Virus record (IMG/VR): IMGVR_UViG_3300020403_000085
Location: 1 to 24,347 of that record
DNA: 24,347 nt
From: a virus
Lineage: Duplodnaviria > Caudoviricetes
Strand: one strand, 5' to 3'
Both the position numbers and the translations under genes were made by a program. Below the pieces are notes generated by a model. The model did not search any database. It was not told the DNA's origin and saw only the letters and a program-made list of their open reading frames with translations. Position 1 is the first letter of the stretch; every line of letters begins with the position of its first letter. This document shows, one piece after another, positions 6,746 to 13,208 of the stretch.

Positions 6746-8906
6746 TCCAATTACTCCCTAATGATCCACCCAGGTCATCCTCAATCGGCGTGTAATCTAT
6801 GTCATATATCTTCTTGCCATTACTTCTGCGCGGCTCGATGCCTCTTTCGTGTAGGACACGGCTTGCTTCTTTGAAGTCTGGCATCCTCGGGGATTTGATC
6901 CCCAAATCGCGCAAGAGCTTAGTCATTTGTACCGGTTGAGTGCGGTCGCTCGTAAAGTCCACATGCTCCAAGATAAGATCCTCCACACTAGACTGTGTTC
7001 GATATTGCTCATTACTATCTTGCAAGAGCTCACGCTCATCTGGCGAGAGAAACCAATTCTTTTGTCCGGGCACATACATTGTTTCTTTTACCTGGGCCCA
7101 CAGCTGTTGCATGTTGACGCCGTGATTGACGTCTATGTCTCTAACAGCGAGTACCCAAAATCTTCGATTACCCGACGTGTCCGTCAAAAACTCGCGTGCG
7201 TTCACACTGGCATAAAACGCCGTGCGGCGCTGATAGGTCGTAAAGGCTCGGTCATAGGGTAGCCTCAGTTCATCCGTCTTCGACGTCACAAACGCTTTCA
7301 GCTGATCTATGTCGGACTTCTTAAAGGTGGACTCGATTTCGCCTAGCTCTACAATCCAATGACTAACGGCTCTCTTTACAGAGTCCTTGTCAGAAGGGTT
7401 GAGCGTTGCACCCTCTAAGAGCCAGCCTTTATTGTAATCACATAGGCGCTTGAACCATAAGGTCTTACCGAGTCCTTGGGCGCCCTGCAAAACAAGTATG
7501 CCCTCTAACTCAACGCCATTCTTTTCATAGGCGGCAGCCACACAAGAGATTAACCATTTCTTGAGTAGCAAATCTCGAAGCTGCGCGGACTCCTCTGTAG
7601 TCAGCGAACTGAGAAAGGTAGGTAGTCGGTCTTGTCCATCCCACGGCTCGCTATCAATCCATTCTTTTACCGGGTTGTATTCACGCGCTAAGATCTTGAG
7701 ATAATCCCTCACCTTAGTATGCGGTATGCCCATATTAATACAGCGGTTTTCAACCTCAATCAGCGACGCCTCTTCTTGCATGTCAGCGATAAAGGTTGTG
7801 TCCGGTATGTCTATCTCCATCTTCTTCTTTATCACGTTATAGCGCACATCAATATTGTGCACTTTCATAACCCCACCGATATTGTCTTTGGTGTTTAGAA
7901 AGCGTCCGCTTGCACTACGACTAAAGTCGTACTCCACCGGGACATCGACATTCTGCAAGATCACTTCGCCTTCCACCACTTCAACTTCGTTCTTATGATC
8001 GTTATAGTCGCCCTTTGTTTCTGGCATTTGTATCTCGGCGTAACCGCCCTGCTTTTGTATGTAAGCTGCTGCCTTCTGAGCTTCTTTCTCACCTGTTTTA
8101 CTATCATCATTATCCGCCACGAAAACGTGCTTATGCCTTGGAAAATACTGATACATAACCTCTGCGACTTTAACAAGATTGTAAGCATCGAACGCCACGA
8201 CCACCGGCTGTGAGCGGTCAGCGTATATAGATGCGGCAGTGGCATAGCCTTCGGCGTAATTTAAGCTGTCGCTTGTTTTAAATATTTCTCTGCCGAGAAG
8301 AAAAAAGCTACCGCTTTTTTTAGAACCAGTGAGAAAACGCTTGGTGCCATCGGGAGCGATAAACTGTAGTCCAACAATAGAACCCTGCTTGTCTTTGAGT
8401 GGGATAACTAAATTATCATGTTTGTCTTTGCGTAACCCATAGGACAAAACCTGTTTCTTTTCTAAGTAAGCATGTTTTTGTACCTCTTCACATTGCTCCC
8501 AAATCGACTGGGAACGCTGCGCGGCCTGCGAATACTTTTCTGCTGACTTAACCTCGGCTTGACGTCTGAGCTCCTCAATCTCGGCGCGTTGCTCTTTAGT
8601 CATGCGAAACTTTTGACTGTTCTCTGGTTTCCAGATCGCTGTCGGCTGGTCCGTGCTGATACGATAATCACCAATACGGCCAAAGGGGGAGGATTGGTCA
8701 AGCCATGCTTGATACCAGCCGACGAGCTTTCTCTGATTGCCAATGTTGATGTACGCTCGACCTACCGAGCCATCGGTAACCAGTCCCTTTTTGGGATCGG
8801 GTTCGTAGCCATTAGTGGCTAGAAAATCTTGAAACTGAGATACATAATCTTTTGTGAATGGTGCGTTGAAATTTTTGTTAGGTCCCTTTATTTTTAATGA
8901 CATCAA
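6738..8906 (-). CDS. primase-helicase (TOPRIM primase plus VirE/VapE-type P-loop ATPase)
   Basis: TOPRIM motifs AEGYATA, VAFDAYNL, VADND and GDYND. Walker A GAQGLGKT, Walker B WIVELGE, and DTSGNRRFW. Confidence 0.92.
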   Translation of the reverse strand: MMSLKIKGPNKNFNAPFTKDYVSQFQDFLATNGYEPDPKKGLVTDGSVGRAYINIGNQRKLVGWYQAWLDQSSPFGRIGDYRISTDQPTAIWKPENSQKFRMTKEQRAEIEELRRQAEVKSAEKYSQAAQRSQSIWEQCEEVQKHAYLEKKQVLSYGLRKDKHDNLVIPLKDKQGSIVGLQFIAPDGTKRFLTGSKKSGSFFLLGREIFKTSDSLNYAEGYATAASIYADRSQPVVVAFDAYNLVKVAEVMYQYFPRHKHVFVADNDDSKTGEKEAQKAAAYIQKQGGYAEIQMPETKGDYNDHKNEVEVVEGEVILQNVDVPVEYDFSRSASGRFLNTKDNIGGVMKVHNIDVRYNVIKKKMEIDIPDTTFIADMQEEASLIEVENRCINMGIPHTKVRDYLKILAREYNPVKEWIDSEPWDGQDRLPTFLSSLTTEESAQLRDLLLKKWLISCVAAAYEKNGVELEGILVLQGAQGLGKTLWFKRLCDYNKGWLLEGATLNPSDKDSVKRAVSHWIVELGEIESTFKKSDIDQLKAFVTSKTDELRLPYDRAFTTYQRRTAFYASVNAREFLTDTSGNRRFWVLAVRDIDVNHGVNMQQLWAQVKETMYVPGQKNWFLSPDERELLQDSNEQYRTQSSVEDLILEHVDFTSDRTQPVQMTKLLRDLGIKSPRMPDFKEASRVLHERGIEPRRSNGKKIYDIDYTPIEDDLGGSLGSNWND

Positions 8907-8927
8907 TCATCCCGGTTAAATTGTTGT

Positions 8928-8956
8928 TTGCTTTGTATTGCAAATGGTTATAGAAT
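8928..8956 (+). promoter_or_regulatory. sigma70 promoter for the SSB-exonuclease operon
   Basis: TTGCTT (8928-8933), N17, TAGAAT (8951-8956). Confidence 0.65.
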
Positions 8957-8983
8957 AATATCCAAGTTTATGAAATTTTGCAA
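8955..8983 (-). promoter_or_regulatory. sigma70 promoter for the primase-helicase operon
   Basis: TTGCAA (8983-8978), N17, TATTAT (8960-8955). Confidence 0.6.
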
Positions 8984-9007
8984 ACACATTATGGAGGAGA
9001 AATAATT

Positions 9008-9742
9008 ATGAGCTTAACAATTAGTGGCGAAGGTGGTGGCGGAGATCTACCAAATTTACAACCAGGTATCTACCAAGGCACTTGCTACAGCATTGTAGAC
9101 ATGGGCACAACTGACCAAGAATACAAAGGTGTTACTAGCAAGAAAACCAGAGTGCATCTGTGTTTTGAAATTACTCATGCACTGGATCCAGAAAACAATC
9201 CAATAACCATGGAAGACGGCAGACCTTTTGGTGTCTTTAAAACTTATACTGCATCTTTGTTTGAGGCTGCGGCTCTGCGTAAAGATTTAGAGAGCTGGCG
9301 TGGTAAAAGTTTCAGTGAGCAAGAGCTCAAAGGTTTTGATATATCCAATCTGATTGGTTGCACTGCAAGAATAGAAGTAGGTCATACAGCAAAAACTGAT
9401 TTTTCACCCGGTGGCAAGCCAAAGATATTAGCACTGCGTGAGCCAAGAGAGGGTGTAAAGAAAGTCGATACTATCAACGACGCTGTTATCTTTGACTTAG
9501 ATGTTTACCTTGATGATTTTAGAGGTAAGCAAAGTCCAGAAAGCAAAGCTATGTGTGACATATTTTTTGCATTACCAACTTGGCAACAAAGCGATATTGA
9601 AAGTAGTTATGAGTATCAAGCAGTCAATCCTAGACAAGGATCTGAACAAGGTTCTATGGCAGACGAGGTTAGCAACTTAACCGAGCAAGCTGCCAAAGAT
9701 ATGAACGACAGCTCTTTCGACGAAGACAACATACCCTTTTAA
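9008..9742 (+). CDS. single-stranded DNA-binding / replication protein
   Basis: ATG 9008 follows GGAGGAG. Motifs G.Y.G.CYSIVDMGT and YTASL.E.A.LRKDLESWRGK.F. Acidic C-terminal tail ending DEDNIPF (SSB-Ct-like). Confidence 0.8.
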   Translation: MSLTISGEGGGGDLPNLQPGIYQGTCYSIVDMGTTDQEYKGVTSKKTRVHLCFEITHALDPENNPITMEDGRPFGVFKTYTASLFEAAALRKDLESWRGKSFSEQELKGFDISNLIGCTARIEVGHTAKTDFSPGGKPKILALREPREGVKKVDTINDAVIFDLDVYLDDFRGKQSPESKAMCDIFFALPTWQQSDIESSYEYQAVNPRQGSEQGSMADEVSNLTEQAAKDMNDSSFDEDNIPF

Positions 9743-9749
9743 CAGTTAA

Positions 9750-9814
9750 GGTGAGTGACCATTCTCCGAGTTTCTCACACCAACCTTTTCATAACGAAGA
9801 GGCGGTTGCTCACC
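9750..9814 (+). other. intergenic stem-loop
   Basis: GGTGAGTGACC (9750-9760) pairs with GGTTGCTCACC (9804-9814): 11 bp including two G-U pairs, with further imperfect inner pairing. Confidence 0.55.
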
Positions 9815-9822
9815 ACCTAAAT

Positions 9823-10098
9823 ATGTTTACAGACAAAGCAGAACAAATAGCAAAACTTTTAGACAGCAAAGGCGAGGCCTATGCCAAACCAGATGCTTTC
9901 TTTGTGCAACTTGCAAATGCCTGGAGTGGACTTCTAGGCGTAGAGCTTACACCCTCGCAGTGCTGTGCCATGATGATTGTCTTTAAGTCTTGCCGAATTA
10001 TTAATAACCCAGAGCATATTGACAGCGCTGACGATCTTGTTGGCTATTCGTTGATAATGACTGAGTTAGTGAAACTGACAGAGCAAGAACATGAGTAA
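9823..10098 (+). CDS. DUF6378-like all-alpha protein
   Basis: GEAY..P...F..LANAWS.LLG..LTP.QC..MM..FK..R......DS.DDLVGY pattern. ATG 9823 preferred over GTG 9751, which lies inside the stem-loop. Confidence 0.7.
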   Translation: MFTDKAEQIAKLLDSKGEAYAKPDAFFVQLANAWSGLLGVELTPSQCCAMMIVFKSCRIINNPEHIDSADDLVGYSLIMTELVKLTEQEHE

Positions 10099-10816
10099 CC
10101 AAATTGAGTACCAAGTTTTTTCTTTGCCAGCTGCAATCATGTTGCAACACCAATTACCTTCCGAGGTAGTGACGACTCTCAACGAGTATCTTGATGCTTT
10201 GAGGTCCAATGATAAGCGTGAGTCTGCATCTGACTCTTTGGTTGGTCAGATACACCAAGGCGAACAATTAAAAATGGATTTTACAGACCAGAGCTTACAA
10301 CCATTTGTAAGTATTGTTGAGAGTTTGAGCACAGCTTATCTAAAACATTTTGTCGAGCTAACCAAATCTCCTCTACAGCCGAAGAAAATTAGTATGGATA
10401 AGCTGTGGTCAGTTCATAGTTTTGAGGGTGACTACAATCCAATACACGATCATTTGACTGCATCCAATATGGGATTGTCTTTTACTACTTGGACTTTAGT
10501 GCCAGAACAAATCTATAGACCAGATGAGGAGGCTGAACAAAGGTATGACCTTTATAACAGCTCTGGTTCTATAGATGGATTTATTAATTTTACCTATGGC
10601 TTAAATCAGATTGGAGATCCAGAACGCTTGCGTCCATCCCAATCACGATACATCAAACCAGAACCCGGCAAATTATTGTTGTTTCCTTCATGGATGCAAC
10701 ATTGTGTTTATCCTTTTTTTGGTGAGGGTGAACGCAGAACTGTTGCTGGCAATCTAAATTGTTTTAACTTAACACCAGAAGAAATAGAGGAGATGAAAAA
10801 AAATGCAGGAGTTTAA
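10091..10816 (+). CDS. putative 2OG-Fe(II) oxygenase (TIGR02466-like, HxH type)
   Basis: WSVHSFEGDYNPIHDH and PEPGKLLLFPSWMQHCVYPF..EGERRTVAGN. Confidence 0.88.
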   Translation: MSNQIEYQVFSLPAAIMLQHQLPSEVVTTLNEYLDALRSNDKRESASDSLVGQIHQGEQLKMDFTDQSLQPFVSIVESLSTAYLKHFVELTKSPLQPKKISMDKLWSVHSFEGDYNPIHDHLTASNMGLSFTTWTLVPEQIYRPDEEAEQRYDLYNSSGSIDGFINFTYGLNQIGDPERLRPSQSRYIKPEPGKLLLFPSWMQHCVYPFFGEGERRTVAGNLNCFNLTPEEIEEMKKNAGV

Positions 10817-11579
10817 ACCAGGAATATATGACGACATACCTTATGAAGTGTATGCAGAGATACCAGCCTTTAGATCTCACGATCTAACTTCGGTCATTAA
10901 ATGCCCGTACAGCTGGAAGAATAAAAAGGATATGGTGCAAACACCGGCTCTACTTGAGGGCCGAGTGCAACACACTGTATTCTTAGAACATCATAAGTTT
11001 GGTGAAGAGTTTGTAATCCAACCAAAGTTTGACCGCAGAACTAAATCTGGCAAAGAAGAATATGCAAACTTTATGGAAACCATTGGTAATCGTACCGCTA
11101 TTACTCAAGACTTGTATGACGTTTGTATGGAACGCCGAGAGGTTGTCAAAGATTACATACCTAAAGAAACCGACAAAGTAGAGCACACCTTAGTCTTTGA
11201 ATGGCATGGCCATCCTTTTAAGTGTCGTATGGACTGGTATGACAATGAGTATGTATGGGATCTTAAAACATGCCGTGACGCTTCGCCTCGTGGCTTTAGA
11301 AATGCAATCAATAGTTTCAACTATCACATGCAAGCAGCACTCTATGTTGATGCTTGTAGAGTATTAGGCTTGACTGCTAAAGGTTTTAACTTTCTAGCAC
11401 AAGAAAAACAACATCCATATCCTTATGTGGTATATACCTTGTCAGATGAAGCGTTGGTATATGCTCGCCAAAGGAATGAGCAAGCATTAGATTTATTGTT
11501 GAAATGTAAGGATAAAGACGACTTCAAACCCTACAATGTGGAAGGCATCCAGACTGTAGAGTTATCAGATTTGTATTAG
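10803..11579 (+). CDS. PD-(D/E)XK exonuclease (RecE/exonuclease VIII, DUF3799-like)
   Basis: PGIY.DIPYE.Y, G...H...LE, KCRMD, DLKT, YHMQAALY. GAGGAG SD at 10787-10792. Confidence 0.88.
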   Translation: MQEFKPGIYDDIPYEVYAEIPAFRSHDLTSVIKCPYSWKNKKDMVQTPALLEGRVQHTVFLEHHKFGEEFVIQPKFDRRTKSGKEEYANFMETIGNRTAITQDLYDVCMERREVVKDYIPKETDKVEHTLVFEWHGHPFKCRMDWYDNEYVWDLKTCRDASPRGFRNAINSFNYHMQAALYVDACRVLGLTAKGFNFLAQEKQHPYPYVVYTLSDEALVYARQRNEQALDLLLKCKDKDDFKPYNVEGIQTVELSDLY

Positions 11580-11588
11580 TTGTTTTAC

Positions 11589-11888
11589 CTATTTGATAAT
11601 TTTACTTGTTATTGAGGGTTGCCATGTGTCCTCAATATGTTGTTTTAAGAAAAACTCCCAAGCCGTGAAGCCTTTGTTTCTTTCTTTTTCTATCAAATCT
11701 GAAAAGCCTATTTCTTCTGGTTTCCATATTTGAAGTGCAAGTTTTATATATATTCTTGTCAAGTCGTGATTACCACCTAAATCTTCAATAACAGTTTTTT
11801 CTGTCCACACTGTATCGGCGTCATACTCAACCTCTTTTATTAAAAATCTAGTAGCTTTATCTATACTATATGTTGTGATACTGCTCAT
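11589..11888 (-). CDS. hypothetical protein, 99 aa, with its own promoter
   Basis: AAGGAG SD and a dedicated upstream promoter. No recognisable motif. Confidence 0.8.
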   Translation of the reverse strand: MSSITTYSIDKATRFLIKEVEYDADTVWTEKTVIEDLGGNHDLTRIYIKLALQIWKPEEIGFSDLIEKERNKGFTAWEFFLKQHIEDTWQPSITSKIIK

Positions 11889-11929
11889 TTTTTCTCCTTT
11901 TTGTTATTAGTTAAATTTCTCACATAGAT

Positions 11930-11960
11930 ATAATGCCACAAGTTGCAACTAATTGCAACT
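11930..11960 (-). promoter_or_regulatory. sigma70 promoter overlapped by a tandem palindromic operator-like site
   Basis: TTGCAA (11958-11953), N17, CATTAT (11935-11930) with TG extension. Perfect palindrome AGTTGCAACT at 11941-11950 followed by AATTGCAACT at 11951-11960. Confidence 0.65.
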
Positions 11961-11987
11961 ATTTACAGACAATAATAACAAGTTTTT

Positions 11988-12701
11988 TTAAAGGTAGTTT
12001 TCGTACAATTCTATGATTCTTTGGCGATCATGTAGCCAAAAAACCAACAGGTATCTATCACCGCTTTCAACTGGCAGGCCTTTATGCAGATTGATGAAAC
12101 TTGGGAAGATCAGCGCATGTCCCGTTGGCAACGGACTTATCTCGCCGTAGTTGTGAAACGCGGTGCCACCGCCTTTATACTTACCAGTATTGAGCGGCAC
12201 AACCACCGAAATATCAGCGCTTTCGTCATGGTGCCAGGCACCTTGTTTTTTATCTTTGAGATTGTAGTTGGCTATTTGTATTGTTGATGGATCTTTACAA
12301 TCTCTTTGCCATATCGCATTGAACATAGGGTTGAGTACGCTTTGTACCACAAACCACATGCTGCGATACAACTCCGGGACATGTTCACGCAATACAATTT
12401 CTGGTATTTGGCGCAGCTGGTCTTCATCTGTGTTGGTCTCAAATGGTATTTCTTTTTTCATGTGTTCTATTTCTTTGATTAACATAGAACAAAATTTGCG
12501 TCGAAACAAAGGCACCCGGTATATTTCTGGATGTATTTTTTTTATAACTTTATGTATCGGAGTTTTACCCATGTCCTCCATACCTTGCTGACCTTTGAAC
12601 TTTACTATGTCTGGCAAAGTGTCTTGGACAGCCTTATATGTCGTATGGTTAATCATCCAATGCGACTGCATGCTTAGTAGGTAATTTTTCAGTTGATACA
12701 T
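11988..12701 (-). CDS. 2OG-Fe(II) oxygenase resembling the lysyl-hydroxylase (PLOD)/OGFOD2 catalytic domain
   Basis: IYRVPLFRRKFCSMLIKEIEH, WHHDESADISVVVPLN..YKGGGTAF, GHALIFP...LHKGLPVESGDRYLLVFW. Confidence 0.82.
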   Translation of the reverse strand: MYQLKNYLLSMQSHWMINHTTYKAVQDTLPDIVKFKGQQGMEDMGKTPIHKVIKKIHPEIYRVPLFRRKFCSMLIKEIEHMKKEIPFETNTDEDQLRQIPEIVLREHVPELYRSMWFVVQSVLNPMFNAIWQRDCKDPSTIQIANYNLKDKKQGAWHHDESADISVVVPLNTGKYKGGGTAFHNYGEISPLPTGHALIFPSFINLHKGLPVESGDRYLLVFWLHDRQRIIELYENYL

Positions 12702-12708
12702 GGTTTTT

Positions 12709-12717
12709 AGTATATCA
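12709..12717 (-). promoter_or_regulatory. extended -10 promoter, probable leaderless start
   Basis: TG-A-TATACT, 7 nt, ATG 12701. No SD. Confidence 0.6.
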
Positions 12718-12736
12718 GATAAATTTACATATTTAT

Positions 12737-12765
12737 TTGTATAATTGTGCTAAAAGTTATAGAAT
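12737..12765 (+). promoter_or_regulatory. sigma70 promoter, probable leaderless start of RHH gene
   Basis: TTGTAT, N17, TAGAAT, 7 nt, ATG 12773. Shares the 10-mer GTTATAGAAT with the promoter at 8947-8956. Confidence 0.6.
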
Positions 12766-12772
12766 TAACCAA

Positions 12773-12973
12773 ATGAATATAGACTTAGACAACATGGACC
12801 ATAAAAAAGACGGAAAAGAAATAAGGAAAAGTTTGGCTGTTGATCCGGCTACTTATGATCTTCTGCAATCAATTTGCGATATGGAGCACAGATCTAAGAT
12901 AGATCAGCTCAAAGTATTGATACAGAAAGAACACAAAAGACTTATGAGCTTATCCGAACATGAACATATTTAA
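12773..12973 (+). CDS. ribbon-helix-helix (Arc/CopG-like) DNA-binding protein
   Basis: RKSLAVD-PATYDLLQSICDMEHRS-KIDQLKVLIQ gives a strand-helix-helix pattern. Confidence 0.7.
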   Translation: MNIDLDNMDHKKDGKEIRKSLAVDPATYDLLQSICDMEHRSKIDQLKVLIQKEHKRLMSLSEHEHI

Positions 12974-13205
12974 AAACAAGATGTCCAAGCCAGACAAACC
13001 AAAACCTCAATCGTATAAACCGGTACTAGAGGCCCAAGAAGTTATTGACGTATTTAGCAGACTTACCTTACATCAACAAGCAGCTCTTATGAGGCTCATA
13101 TCTCGCAACCTAGAGGTAGTTATAGGTGAGGATAGCCACATGGGTTATGACTTTGATTATGAGGTCGTAGGAGCGATTATACGAGCTTCTGAGGCGTCCT
13201 CTTAA
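12960..13205 (+). CDS. hypothetical protein, 81 aa
   Basis: ORF overlaps the RHH gene end and converges on the virion module. Confidence 0.7.
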   Translation: MNIFKNKMSKPDKPKPQSYKPVLEAQEVIDVFSRLTLHQQAALMRLISRNLEVVIGEDSHMGYDFDYEVVGAIIRASEASS

Positions 13206-13208
13206 ATA

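Noticed and set aside
2179-8822. ORFs antisense or internal to the 787-aa, resolvase, MT-A70 and primase genes
   Set aside because: They overlap well-supported genes and lack initiation signals and protein-like features.
9731-9740. ATACCCTTTT resembling the origin iteron
   Set aside because: It encodes the conserved IPF tail of the SSB and is probably coincidental.
10793-10805. A8 run at the oxygenase/exonuclease overlap as a programmed frameshift
   Set aside because: Fusion would need a +1 shift, and the exonuclease has its own SD and ATG.
3540-12701. TET/JBP-type base hypermodification pathway paired with the C5 methyltransferase
   Set aside because: The oxygenase motifs fit P4H-like, TIGR02466-like and PLOD-like families, and none is adjacent to the MTase. 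Not fully excluded without HMM searches.
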